DNA of 62,090 bases from a virus (lineage: Duplodnaviria > Caudoviricetes), in IMG/VR virus record IMGVR_UViG_3300042527_000115, positions 1-62,090 of that record; one strand, written 5' to 3'. A model generated the notes under the pieces. It made no database searches and was not told the origin of the DNA. It saw only the letters and a list, made by a program, of their open reading frames with translations. Shown here one piece after another: positions 8,795-18,604 of the stretch; position 1 is the first letter of the stretch, and every line of letters begins with the position of its first letter. Both the position numbers and the translations under genes were made by a program.

Positions 8795-9772
8795 ATGGCA
8801 ACTAATTACACCACCCTATTAGGGTTTGCCCTACCTACCACCGGGGAGTTATCCGGTACGTGGGGTACCACAGTTAACGACAGTATTACTCAGTTGGTCG
8901 AGGACTCTGTTGCGCAGAGGGCCACAGCCAGCGTAGCTTCTGGTGACTGGACGCTAACAACCACTGGATCTGGATCAGCTAACCAGGCTCGGTGTGCAAT
9001 CTTGATTCCGACTGGATCCCCCGGGGTCAGCCGAAACATTATTGCTCCGTCTTCAAGTAAGGCTTACATCGTCATTAACCAGTCTGACGCAGCCGTAGTG
9101 GTCAAAGGATCGGCCACAACTGGTGTGACGATTGCAGCTGGAAAGAACGCTTGCGTAGCCTGGAACGGATCAGACTTTGTCAAGATTGCTTCTAACGAGG
9201 CAGTTAGCCTGACCACTGGGGTTAGCGGAACTCTGCCGGTAGCAAATGGCGGAACCGGACTGACATCTGGAACTTCCGGCGGTGTGCTGGCCTATACCGC
9301 AACCGGAGTCTTGGCTTCTTCTGGAGCGCTTGCAGCAAATAATTTTGTAATCGGTGGTGGCGCAGGTGTGGCCCCTTCAAGCACAAGTTTGCTGGCCCTG
9401 TCAGCAGCAGTCACGACAGGTAACTTTGTTAAGGCAGTTGGATATGCCGACACGGTTACGGCCCTGGGTAACACCGGTGCGGCCATTAACATAGACGCAA
9501 CAAGTGGCGGAGTTTTTACGGCTACTCTTAACAATAGCTGCACCTTTACGATTCGTTATCCGGTAGCTTCAGGAGCATCATCATTTGTGCTGATTCTTAC
9601 CAATGACGCAACACCAGGTCGGACGGTGACACTTGCCGGTGGTACATTCAAGTATCCTGACGGATCGGTGACCCGGACTACGACCGCAAACGCAACAGAT
9701 ATTTGGTTCTTTATGACACCTGATGGTGGAACCACTTATTACGTTTCAATCCCAATGAAAAACCTTTCTTAA
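8795..9772 (+). CDS. Tail fibre protein
   Basis: GELSGTWGTTVN N-terminus; TLPVANGGTG; TPDGGTTYY C-terminal domain. Confidence 0.7.
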   Translation: MATNYTTLLGFALPTTGELSGTWGTTVNDSITQLVEDSVAQRATASVASGDWTLTTTGSGSANQARCAILIPTGSPGVSRNIIAPSSSKAYIVINQSDAAVVVKGSATTGVTIAAGKNACVAWNGSDFVKIASNEAVSLTTGVSGTLPVANGGTGLTSGTSGGVLAYTATGVLASSGALAANNFVIGGGAGVAPSSTSLLALSAAVTTGNFVKAVGYADTVTALGNTGAAINIDATSGGVFTATLNNSCTFTIRYPVASGASSFVLILTNDATPGRTVTLAGGTFKYPDGSVTRTTTANATDIWFFMTPDGGTTYYVSIPMKNLS

Positions 9773-9787
9773 TTAAGGAGTAACAAA

Positions 9788-9988
9788 ATGGCTCTTACCC
9801 AAGAACAAATTGACACTATTGAGTTTCAAAAAGCACAACAGGCGCTTGGAACCAGAATGGAAACTATTCGTTTGGCCAAAGAAGTTTTAATGGAAAATGA
9901 TCGCAATAAGCCGGTTGGTGATCGTGGCATTACTGCTGCTGACATTACTGCGTTTGCTCAATCTATTGAACAATATGTCAACCAGTGA
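9788..9988 (+). CDS. Hypothetical protein
   Basis: AAGGAG RBS; 66-aa ORF. Confidence 0.6.
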   Translation: MALTQEQIDTIEFQKAQQALGTRMETIRLAKEVLMENDRNKPVGDRGITAADITAFAQSIEQYVNQ

Positions 9989-10584
9989 ATGAGTTTCACT
10001 ATTTTCCATCTGCCGTGTATCGGGAAGAAAAGCCCGAGTGGGTTGATCACGTTTTAAAAAACGTAGAAAGGTATTACGAACAGCAAAAACAAATCAACAA
10101 AGAACAAAACAATATGTGGCCGGTTACTCAAACTAGTCACATGGGAAACGATCCAGAGTTGTTTTTTCTAGCTGATTATTTTGCAAAAACCGCTACAGAT
10201 CTTTTAAAACAACAAGGTTACTTTATTGACCCATTTGAGTTTTACACATCTGGTATGTGGGGGCAGGAAATAGGATATGGAGGAATGCACGAGCCGCACG
10301 TTCATGCTAATACGCAAATGTGTGGCTTGTTCTTTTTAGAAGCTCCAGAAGGCGGATCGTTTCCAATATTTTCAGATCCAAGAACTAGCAAGGCCATGAC
10401 TGATTTAATGATGGCAGACAATGAAGTACGAGTTGGGACGCCAAAGATTTATTTTAACAATATGGTGCCAGGCACATTTATGTTTTTTAATGCTTGGCTA
10501 CCGCATCAGTTTTCTTTTAGTAATGTAGAAGCTCCAACCAAATTTGTTCATTTCACTTTAAATTGCAAAGAAAGACAAAACTAA
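9985..10584 (+). CDS. 2OG-Fe(II) oxygenase (TIGR02466-like)
   Basis: HEPHVH...FSDPR...FNAWLPH. Confidence 0.75.
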   Translation: MNEFHYFPSAVYREEKPEWVDHVLKNVERYYEQQKQINKEQNNMWPVTQTSHMGNDPELFFLADYFAKTATDLLKQQGYFIDPFEFYTSGMWGQEIGYGGMHEPHVHANTQMCGLFFLEAPEGGSFPIFSDPRTSKAMTDLMMADNEVRVGTPKIYFNNMVPGTFMFFNAWLPHQFSFSNVEAPTKFVHFTLNCKERQN

Positions 10585-11178
10585 ATGCAATATGCATTAA
10601 CTCCATATTCGGAGGCGCGCGAACCATTTGCATGGTGGGATGGGGCATTTAACGAACAACAGTTAAATTGGCTTCAACAACAAGCCCGTGATGTAAAAGT
10701 AAAAGCCCAAGTTGGGGGTGGAGGCGTGGGGGTTAATGACCCAGGAATACGTCGATCAGGACTTCATTGGTTACCAAACACACCAGATACACAATGGGTT
10801 TTTGAAACGCTGGCCCATGTTGTGTCAAGTTTAAACGCTCAGTTTTTTAGATTTAACTTAACTGGTTTTGGAGAACAAATTCAGTTAACAAATTATGACG
10901 AATCTGAAAATGGCATGTATGGGTGGCATGTAGATATGGGTCCACATACGAATTCGCCGTGTCGAAAATTATCAATAGTTATGCAGTTGTCTGACCCAGT
11001 TGAATATGAGGGTGGTGTATTAGAGCTACAACCACATGGAAAAGACATAATTAAAATGAGAAAGCAACGTGGTCTTATTGTTGCATTTCCATCTTGGACT
11101 TTGCATCAGGTAACTCCTGTTACGCAAGGGAATCGTCAATCGTTAGTAGCATGGATATCGGGGCCACCATTCAAATGA
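10585..11178 (+). CDS. 2OG-Fe(II) oxygenase (prolyl 4-hydroxylase-like)
   Basis: WHVD...RKLS...YEGG...HQVTPVTQGNRQSLVAW. Confidence 0.85.
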   Translation: MQYALTPYSEAREPFAWWDGAFNEQQLNWLQQQARDVKVKAQVGGGGVGVNDPGIRRSGLHWLPNTPDTQWVFETLAHVVSSLNAQFFRFNLTGFGEQIQLTNYDESENGMYGWHVDMGPHTNSPCRKLSIVMQLSDPVEYEGGVLELQPHGKDIIKMRKQRGLIVAFPSWTLHQVTPVTQGNRQSLVAWISGPPFK

Positions 11179-11777
11179 ACGAAACAGAATACAAAGACTT
11201 TATTGGATTTTATTACAACTTGTATCCAGCAGGATACTGTCAGCATCTTATTAACGAGTTTGATCGTTTGCAAGAAAATGGTGCTGGTGCCAATCGTCAG
11301 CGTTCAGAAAATGCAGACAAACATATAAAAGACGACTATCAAATTAATTTTAATATTCGTAATCATGCGTTAGAAAGATTTCAAGAAAAAGATCCATCTG
11401 ATATGTTTTTTGATGGACTTCAGGCTTGTTATAACGATTACACCGCAACATATTCAGTGCTGCGTAACAACGGCATGGTTCGTGCAACAGTTATGAAAAT
11501 GCAAAAAACCGGCCCTGGTGGTGGTTATCATGTTTGGCATGGAGAACAAGGTTCTGGAACGCATGCAAACAGAGTGATTACTTATATGGTTTATTTAAAT
11601 TCACTTGAAGATGGTGACGGAGGAGAGACAGAATTTTTGTATCAAAGAACCAGAGTTAAGCCAAAAGAAAATTTGATGTTGTTATGGCCTGCGGCGTACA
11701 CACATGCGCATCGCGGTAACCCTGTGTTAACAGATAAATACAAATATATTGTTACGGGATGGTTTTACTATGACTAG
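11175..11777 (+). CDS. 2OG-Fe(II) oxygenase
   Basis: YHVWHGE...YLN...GGETEF...THAHRGNP...KYIVTGW; ATGA-coupled start 11175. Confidence 0.85.
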   Translation: MNETEYKDFIGFYYNLYPAGYCQHLINEFDRLQENGAGANRQRSENADKHIKDDYQINFNIRNHALERFQEKDPSDMFFDGLQACYNDYTATYSVLRNNGMVRATVMKMQKTGPGGGYHVWHGEQGSGTHANRVITYMVYLNSLEDGDGGETEFLYQRTRVKPKENLMLLWPAAYTHAHRGNPVLTDKYKYIVTGWFYYD

Positions 11778-12345
11778 AACTGAAGAGTTTCAAAACAAAG
11801 GTTACACAATTGTCCGTGGGTTTATTGATCCACAATCGGTGTCAACTATTTCCCGTTACCTTGAAAATTCATTAAAACGCTATCCAGAAAACAATCAAGG
11901 TGGTCGAGTTGGAGATAGCAGTAAAATTTCTTGGTACGCAGATCCGCTAATTGAAACGGTTTTGGTTAACTCTCTTCCTGAGATGGAAGAAATTACTGGG
12001 TATAAGCTATTTCCGTCATATTCATTTACCAGGGTCTATACCAAGGGCGACGAGCTTAAACCGCATACTGACCGACCGGCATGTGAAATATCAGTCACTT
12101 GCCATATAGCAACCGTTGGCAAACCCTGGCCTATCTGGATGCAAGCTCCTGGTTCGGAGCCATCAGAACATTTTCTTGAGCCTGGCGATGCTTGTATTTA
12201 TCATGGGTGCCAAGTTAAGCACTGGCGCACACCGGCTGTAGAAACAGATGTAAATGTGCAGTTTATGTTGCATTACGTTAAACAGGACGGCCCTAATGCC
12301 GACCATAAATTTGATAAGCGCCCAAGCTTGGGGCTTAAAAAGTAG
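11770..12345 (+). CDS. 2OG-Fe(II) oxygenase
   Basis: LKPHTDRPACEIS...HWR...QFMLHY. Confidence 0.8.
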   Translation: MTRTEEFQNKGYTIVRGFIDPQSVSTISRYLENSLKRYPENNQGGRVGDSSKISWYADPLIETVLVNSLPEMEEITGYKLFPSYSFTRVYTKGDELKPHTDRPACEISVTCHIATVGKPWPIWMQAPGSEPSEHFLEPGDACIYHGCQVKHWRTPAVETDVNVQFMLHYVKQDGPNADHKFDKRPSLGLKK

Positions 12346-12354
12346 GGGGTAAAA

Positions 12355-13809
12355 ATGCCTATAGGATCAGCAAAAATTGGTGTTCTTGGGGCCGGATTGG
12401 TTCCTGGAGGCACGGAAACATTTAACGCTTCTGGAACATTTACTGTTCCTCCTGGCGTTAAAAAAGTAAATATCACTGGAAAAGGTGGAACCGGAAATCC
12501 TGGCAACGCTGGGAATCCTGGAAACGCAGGAAATTTGGGATCTGGTGGATCTGGTGGTCAAGGCGGCGGAACACTCAGAACTCCGGCTGTGCCGCCTTCA
12601 ATAGAACAGTACGCTGGCGGTGCTGGCGGTGCTGCTTACAGGGCAAAAAATTGTTCTAGTCAAGCTCCATACGCTGGTCCACCCAGAAATATAAGTGCGC
12701 CTCCTTCGTTTCCGTGGCCAACAGCACCAGGGCAATGTTTGCTATCGCCAACGGCTAATAATCCGGGTGGGCCAGGTAATTCAGGACTAAGTGGATTTTC
12801 TGGAGATGTAGGAACAGCTGGAAACGCCGGAAATTCTGGTAACGCAGGGACTACTGGAAATTCTTCAACAGCAATATGTAAAACATTTACTGGTGGAGCT
12901 GGTGGTAATGCTGGCGCGGGAGGGGCAGCTGGAAATGCTGGAAATGGAGGAACCGGGGGAGGTGGTGGCACCGTAGGAAGTCATGGATGTTCAAATAATC
13001 CAGTCCCTGGTGGTAGTGGTGGAAATGGAGCTGGCAATGCTGGATCGGGATTAAGCAGAAACCAAAATACAATAACTGGTCCATCAACTCCTGCTGCCAC
13101 TTGGGCAAAAATAGGTGGATGGGGTGGAGGTGGTGCTGGAATAAATTCCGGAGGTAGCGGCCAGTGTGGTCAAGCTGGTAAGGGAGATTATTTTTCTCCA
13201 TATAATAATTTAGCAAAAGCAGTTGGTGGTACAGATCCAGCAAATTTGTTTCAACAAAATAACCCAACATTTAACAACAATGTTTATGCTAATACTGTAA
13301 CTCGTAATATGACTGGTGGCGCTGGTGGTTATACAATTGGCGTTGTTGGAAGTGCTGGATTGACTGCAATATCTCAGTTCGCCAATGATAATTTTAATAT
13401 TTCAAATCCAGGTCCAATACCTTGCAGTGCGGTATGGTCTGGAAGAACTTGTGCTTCCGGTAACCACAATATCATAGGTTTGCCAAATAGTTGTGGCGGT
13501 CCGCTTAGTACAACTAATAATGCATTTAGAGCTGGTGGAGGTGGAGGGTCTGGTGGTTCTGGACGGTATCCTGGATGTTATAATTTAATACCATCTACAA
13601 ACAGACTTCCTTGTCTAGCTTCAGCTGGAGGTGGGGGAGGTGGTGGTAGAGGGAATGCAGGGGGTTCTGGTGGAACTTCAACTGGTGGCGCAGGATCAGC
13701 AGCTACACCAGCAACATTTAATTGCGTTCCAGTAACACCAGGAAGTCCGTATCCTGTAACTGTTGCAGCTCCAGGTGGTCAAGTCGTTATTTCATGGAAT
13801 CCACAATGA
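12355..13809 (+). CDS. Glycine-rich tail fibre / receptor-binding protein
   Basis: FTVPPGV N-terminus, GNxGNx collagen-like runs, VTPGSPYPVTV...VVISW C-terminus. Confidence 0.7.
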   Translation: MPIGSAKIGVLGAGLVPGGTETFNASGTFTVPPGVKKVNITGKGGTGNPGNAGNPGNAGNLGSGGSGGQGGGTLRTPAVPPSIEQYAGGAGGAAYRAKNCSSQAPYAGPPRNISAPPSFPWPTAPGQCLLSPTANNPGGPGNSGLSGFSGDVGTAGNAGNSGNAGTTGNSSTAICKTFTGGAGGNAGAGGAAGNAGNGGTGGGGGTVGSHGCSNNPVPGGSGGNGAGNAGSGLSRNQNTITGPSTPAATWAKIGGWGGGGAGINSGGSGQCGQAGKGDYFSPYNNLAKAVGGTDPANLFQQNNPTFNNNVYANTVTRNMTGGAGGYTIGVVGSAGLTAISQFANDNFNISNPGPIPCSAVWSGRTCASGNHNIIGLPNSCGGPLSTTNNAFRAGGGGGSGGSGRYPGCYNLIPSTNRLPCLASAGGGGGGGRGNAGGSGGTSTGGAGSAATPATFNCVPVTPGSPYPVTVAAPGGQVVISWNPQ

Positions 13810-14501
13810 AACGCAAAGAAGCTATTCAAAAAGTCAAAGAACATGAAAATGCGGTTGAGGTTGAACGCATTAAAAAACTTCGTGAACTTGAAGCTAAGCT
13901 GGATTTAGAAAACCGAGAGAGCAATTATAACCGAGCTAGATCTATTACAGTTGGAACATCTTTTGGCGGCACTACAGAAATCATGATGCGTGGTGATGGA
14001 GGTCGCCATCTTTGGTGTGTAATGCAACCAGTAGAGGTTATTGAACTTATTTATCAATTAGCCGCAAATGTTGGTTGCAATGCACAACTTACTCCGCGCA
14101 AAGATTTTGCAAGCTGGAGAGATTGGCGAGTTTCAGAAGCAGAAAAAAAACATTTAAATGGTCACGCACCCTTTGTAAATGATATGGCGTTGGTTCAAAA
14201 TCTAGGACGATCTGGGTACGATGATAAGCATGTACAAAAAATACTTGATGATTTAGCAAAGATGAAAGATTTTGCTAATGAAACTGACGATGCAAAAATT
14301 TTAGGCCAAGAATCAAAAGACGATGGAGCGCCAAGTTTGATGATTGGCGAAGAGGATGGATTGCTTCACAATAAATTAGCAATAAAAAATGGAGAACTTC
14401 TTCAAATGTCTGGTGGAACAGGGGGAGATCCAACCATACAACTTAGAGACTTAGAGGAACAAAATGAAACTGTGGCAACTAAAAAATCCGCAAACCGGTG
14501 A
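13806..14501 (+). CDS. Hypothetical protein
   Basis: ATGA-coupled start 13806. Confidence 0.6.
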   Translation: MKRKEAIQKVKEHENAVEVERIKKLRELEAKLDLENRESNYNRARSITVGTSFGGTTEIMMRGDGGRHLWCVMQPVEVIELIYQLAANVGCNAQLTPRKDFASWRDWRVSEAEKKHLNGHAPFVNDMALVQNLGRSGYDDKHVQKILDDLAKMKDFANETDDAKILGQESKDDGAPSLMIGEEDGLLHNKLAIKNGELLQMSGGTGGDPTIQLRDLEEQNETVATKKSANR

Positions 14502-14832
14502 AAATATTGGTGGCCTACAACCACTGCCGGAAAACTGGGGTCCAATATTTGGCATGGAAGGTGTCAAAGATCGTTTGGGAGATTTGTCATGGCTGGGTAT
14601 TACGGATCGCTGTTGGGTTGAAGTCGAGGCAGATGATCCAGTTAACCCTGTAAAGCAAGACATTGATGATCGAATAGCAATTTTTTATGAAGAAGCAAAT
14701 CAAAAACTTGCAAATCAAACACTGACTAAAGGTCAGTGGCAATCATGGATTGATTATCAACAAAAATTACAAAACGTACCATTGCAGCCTGGATACCCTA
14801 ATGAAGTGAGATGGCCTGATAAACCTGAATGA
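14464..14832 (+). CDS. Tail fibre assembly chaperone-like
   Basis: W.DYQQKLQNVPLQPGYPNEVRWPDKP C-terminus. Confidence 0.7.
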   Translation: MKLWQLKNPQTGENIGGLQPLPENWGPIFGMEGVKDRLGDLSWLGITDRCWVEVEADDPVNPVKQDIDDRIAIFYEEANQKLANQTLTKGQWQSWIDYQQKLQNVPLQPGYPNEVRWPDKPE

Positions 14833-15068
14833 ATAAATACTTAATCCGGTTTAATAAATCAAAAGGCGAGCCGGGCCGAGGAAGTGAAGAACATGTGTGG
14901 CGAGTTTTTGAAAACGGTAACGAGATATTAGCCAGGCATGTGAGGATTAATGTTCCAAGTTGGAGTGAGCAGACCGAGCCAGACTGGAACATTGCATGTA
15001 TTGGTCAAATGACGTTTCATCCCGGTGTAGACATTGTTGAAATTAATAGAGTGGAAGGATGGGGTTAG
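14829..15068 (+). CDS. Hypothetical protein
   Basis: Coupled ORF; YLIRFNKS.G...HVWRVFENG. Confidence 0.6.
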   Translation: MNKYLIRFNKSKGEPGRGSEEHVWRVFENGNEILARHVRINVPSWSEQTEPDWNIACIGQMTFHPGVDIVEINRVEGWG

Positions 15069-15509
15069 ATGCACAGTCCAGAGGTTCAAATAGTTGCAAT
15101 TAGTAATGTATTTACTAGATTAATGCACTTTGTTAATCGCGGAGATTGTGAATCCGGACATACCCATACATACGATCATGCAACGATGGTTAGTGCAGGA
15201 TCGGTGCTTTATGAGGTTCTTGATGGACCCGATGGAAATGTTGTAAAAGCTAAAGAGTTCAAAGCTCCTGGCTATGTGTTTGTTGAAAAAGATAAGTATC
15301 ACCGAATTACAGCACTAGAGGACAATACGGTGTGTGTATGTATTCATGCTTTACGCACTATTGATGAAACAATAATTTCACCAGATTCTTTTATTGAACC
15401 TTTATATTCAACAAACAACGGTGAAATTAAAAATGCCGTACAACAACTAACAGGAATTAGCTGGAACGAAATAACTCGATATGAACCAGTAGGAGGCCAT
15501 CATGGCTAA
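15069..15509 (+). CDS. Cupin-fold protein
   Basis: GHTHTYDH...H.ITALED..VCVCIHALR. Confidence 0.7.
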   Translation: MHSPEVQIVAISNVFTRLMHFVNRGDCESGHTHTYDHATMVSAGSVLYEVLDGPDGNVVKAKEFKAPGYVFVEKDKYHRITALEDNTVCVCIHALRTIDETIISPDSFIEPLYSTNNGEIKNAVQQLTGISWNEITRYEPVGGHHG

Positions 15510-15771
15510 AGACTTTCCAGATTTAACAGGCGACGGCCAAGTGACCAAAGCTGATGTGCTTAAGGGTCGTGGCGTCATTGCAAAAAAGGGTGGCAAGGTA
15601 GGTGAGAAATGGATTCAGTCGGCCATCAAAAAGCCAGGCGCTTTACGAAGCTCGCTTGGTGTAAAGAAAGGGGAAAAGATCCCCGCAAAAAAGCTCGCAG
15701 CCGCAGCCAAGAAACCAGGCAAATTAGGACAAAGAGCGCGGCTAGCTCAGACCCTGTCAAAGCTCAAATAG
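15502..15771 (+). CDS. Small basic protein
   Basis: FPDLTGDGQVTKAD + WIQSAIKKPGALR...RARLAQTL; AGGAGG RBS. Confidence 0.7.
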   Translation: MAKDFPDLTGDGQVTKADVLKGRGVIAKKGGKVGEKWIQSAIKKPGALRSSLGVKKGEKIPAKKLAAAAKKPGKLGQRARLAQTLSKLK

Positions 15772-15845
15772 CCCCAACCTTCGGGCTATTGCTTTTTGGG
15801 GTGTCTCTGGTATGTTCCTTGCTAATAGTCGCATGGGGGCAGTAG

Positions 15846-16301
15846 ATGTCATTGCCAGATCCAGCCGACCCATCCAAGGTCGTTCAAACCGCTTTAGGTG
15901 GAATCCGCGAGGCGATCAAAGCCGGACGGGACATCAAAGAGACAGCCAAAGAAGTCAATGCTTTTCTGGACGAAGAAGCTCGCGCCCGTGTGGCGTGGCG
16001 CAGGAAACAACAGGAAGTTCAACGCCGGGGCGACATGATGTACGTGGACGCCATCAACGAGTATCGGGTGCTGTACAACCTGCGGCGCAACAAAGAGGAT
16101 GCGTTTAAACAGATTGAGAAAGAGTTTGGTAAGCGGGCGATAGATGAGGTTCAGGCATTAGAAGTCAAGCTTCGGAAGGAGCGCAAGGAGTTGCAAAAGG
16201 AGTACGACTCTGACCGACAGGCAACACGGAACGAATGGCTGGTGCTGGGGGTTTTGTCTTTAATTATTTATGCGGTGCTTAAAGTGACGAAGGTATGGTG
16301 A
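15846..16301 (+). CDS. Coiled-coil protein with C-terminal TM helix
   Basis: Translation. Confidence 0.6.
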   Translation: MSLPDPADPSKVVQTALGGIREAIKAGRDIKETAKEVNAFLDEEARARVAWRRKQQEVQRRGDMMYVDAINEYRVLYNLRRNKEDAFKQIEKEFGKRAIDEVQALEVKLRKERKELQKEYDSDRQATRNEWLVLGVLSLIIYAVLKVTKVW

Positions 16302-16825
16302 TGTTTGATGTTGGACTTAATTTGGTGACTGTAATTGACAATTTTATATCTGACGAAGATTGCAATCAGCTTACGCAATGGACATTGGCAAATTACATGA
16401 GTCCTTATTTTCAACCAGCTTGCGGAAGAATATCAACACGCCACACTAGGGTTGGAGTCCCGTTTCCAAACAAAGCATACAGTGTTCAAGAAAAAATTAT
16501 TTCTACTCTAAATCTTCATGAAGCACTTCTGGCCCCATTTTGTGACGGTATGTATTCGGGTCTTGCACGAAACAAAGACGAAGTTTTTTACGAGATGCAC
16601 AGAGATCCGGTTTATGTAGACGGAACATACACTTTGCACTGCAATATAGTGACAACAAACTCAGCAGATGGTGATGTGTATATTGAAGAGAACGGCGTTA
16701 TTGCAATGAAAAAGGGGCGACTTGTAGCGTATCCAGTTTCAGAGCTAAATCACGAGGTAAAGCCATCTTTGGCAGATGGAATACGTAATTTGTGGGTGTT
16801 TGGTTTTTGTGTAACTAAACAATAA
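16295..16825 (+). CDS. 2OG-Fe(II) oxygenase-like
   Basis: VIDNFIS...HRD...HEV...RNLWVFGF. Confidence 0.65.
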   Translation: MVMFDVGLNLVTVIDNFISDEDCNQLTQWTLANYMSPYFQPACGRISTRHTRVGVPFPNKAYSVQEKIISTLNLHEALLAPFCDGMYSGLARNKDEVFYEMHRDPVYVDGTYTLHCNIVTTNSADGDVYIEENGVIAMKKGRLVAYPVSELNHEVKPSLADGIRNLWVFGFCVTKQ

Positions 16826-16829
16826 AGGT

Positions 16830-17096
16830 GTGGTGATGGACTGGACAAAAGTAATTCAAATGGCGTTTCCGGTGATTGTGGCTGCAATTACTTGGATGAT
16901 CAGCGCCGTAACTAACATCCAACACGACCTGGTAGACATCAAGTCTAAGATGCCAGCCCTGATTACCCCCAGCGGCACCCCAACCGATTCTCCAATTTCA
17001 GCCGAAGCACGGCACAAGCTTAAAGAAGAAATCTACAAAGATATTCACGACCTTCAGGTCCGTCTAAAACTCCTTGAAGAAAGGTCTAAGCGATGA
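16830..17096 (+). CDS. Membrane protein (lysis region)
   Basis: N-terminal TM helix. Confidence 0.55.
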   Translation: MVMDWTKVIQMAFPVIVAAITWMISAVTNIQHDLVDIKSKMPALITPSGTPTDSPISAEARHKLKEEIYKDIHDLQVRLKLLEERSKR

Positions 17097-17575
17097 TTAC
17101 CCTGCTTTCTACCCTTGTTTCCTTCTTAATGGGCGGTCTGCCCAAGGTCTTGGACTTCTTCCAGGATCGGTCGGATAAAGCCCATGAGCTGGAGCTTGCC
17201 AAGATGCAGACGGAGCGGGAGCTTCAGATGCTGGAGAAAGGCTTTGCCGCCCAGGCCCGGGTTGAGGAGATCCGGACTGACCAAGTGGCCATGCAGACAG
17301 CCGTTCAGGAGCGCCAGGCACTCTATGCCCACGACATCGAGATCGGCAAGGGAGCGTCCCAGTGGGTGATCAATATGAGGGCTTCTGTCCGTCCGGTCAT
17401 TACCTACGGCATGTTCTGCATGCTGCTCTTTGTAAACATTTTCGGGTTCTTCTACGCATGGAAGACCGGTGTGCCGTTTGACCAGGCTATGGCAATCCTC
17501 TGGGATGAGGACTCGGCCATCATCTTTTCAAGCGTGATCGCGTTTTGGTTCGGAAGTCAGTCTTTTAAGAAATGA
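17093..17575 (+). CDS. Holin-like (3TM holin type)
   Basis: QDRSDKAHEL...RASVRPVITY...IAFWFGS; upstream of the lysozyme. Confidence 0.65.
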   Translation: MITLLSTLVSFLMGGLPKVLDFFQDRSDKAHELELAKMQTERELQMLEKGFAAQARVEEIRTDQVAMQTAVQERQALYAHDIEIGKGASQWVINMRASVRPVITYGMFCMLLFVNIFGFFYAWKTGVPFDQAMAILWDEDSAIIFSSVIAFWFGSQSFKK

Positions 17576-18129
17576 ATCAAGAATCTTACGCCGTTTACCA
17601 CATCTGCCTAAATCCAGGCAGAGGAATTCTTTTAAATGAAGGATATGTTGGTATTACAAAAAACTCTGAGTTACGGTTTGCACAGCACGGGTGGAAAAGA
17701 AAGAAATCAAACGCCCACCTTAAAAATGCTTTAGCCAAATACAAAGATCAAGTTAAGTTTGTTGTCTTGGCTGAAAACTTAGATTATGAGGCGGCGTGTT
17801 TATTGGAAGAAATGTTGCGTCCAACAGTAAATATTGGTTGGAACATAGCTAAGGGTGGATCTATTCCGCCAAATCCAAAAGGAAAAGTTAGATCAGAAGA
17901 GTATTGTAAAAATATAGCCAAAGCTAAACTTGGAAACAAAAATCCCATGTTTGGCAAAAAAGTTATATTTTCTGAGGATCATAAGGCTAAAATTTCAAAG
18001 GCTTTAAAAGGCAAAAAAAGTAGCCTAATAAATGTTAAACGACCAACAATTGAATGCCCACATTGCGGGAAAATAGGCGGTGTTGGTGCAATAAATCGTT
18101 GGCACTTTGACAATTGCAGGGACAAATGA
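17572..18129 (+). mobile_element. Free-standing GIY-YIG/NUMOD3 homing endonuclease gene
   Basis: AVYHI...YVGIT...RFAQH, GWNIAKGG, NPMFGKK..SEDHKAKIS, CPHC...RWHFDNC; AT-rich relative to flanks. Confidence 0.8.
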
Positions 18130-18602
18130 AAATAACTGAACAAGTTATTGAACTTGTAAAACACCACGAGGGCGTCCGGGTGCGGCCATACCGTTGCCCG
18201 GCTCTGCTCTGGACAATCGGTGTAGGCCATGTCATTGACCCCAAACATATTGGAGTGAAGCTTGAAGACCGCAAAAACCTACCCATCCCGGACGGCTGGG
18301 ACCGGACCCTCAGTATGGATGAAGTCAATAAGATTCTGTCTGAGGATCTGGGGCGGTTTGAGGCAGGGGTACGCCGACTATGTCCTGATGGGCTTACTCC
18401 TGGTCGCTTTGGCGCACTCGTCAGCTTCGCTTTCAATGTTGGTCTCGGCAACCTCCAGCGGTCCTCTATAAGGATGAAGCACAACCGGGGGGAGTATGAA
18501 GAAGCCGCCGAGGCATTTATGATGTGGACTAAGGCCGGGGGGAAGGAATTACCGGGACTGGTTAAACGCCGTAAGGACGAACGCAACCTATATTTGAGCT
18601 GA
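18126..18602 (+). CDS. Lysozyme (GH24) endolysin
   Basis: HEGVRVRPYRCPALLWTIGVGH (E-x8-C-x5-T), ALVSFAFNVG, LPGLVKRR. Confidence 0.9.
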   Translation: MKITEQVIELVKHHEGVRVRPYRCPALLWTIGVGHVIDPKHIGVKLEDRKNLPIPDGWDRTLSMDEVNKILSEDLGRFEAGVRRLCPDGLTPGRFGALVSFAFNVGLGNLQRSSIRMKHNRGEYEEAAEAFMMWTKAGGKELPGLVKRRKDERNLYLS

Positions 18603-18604
18603 TC

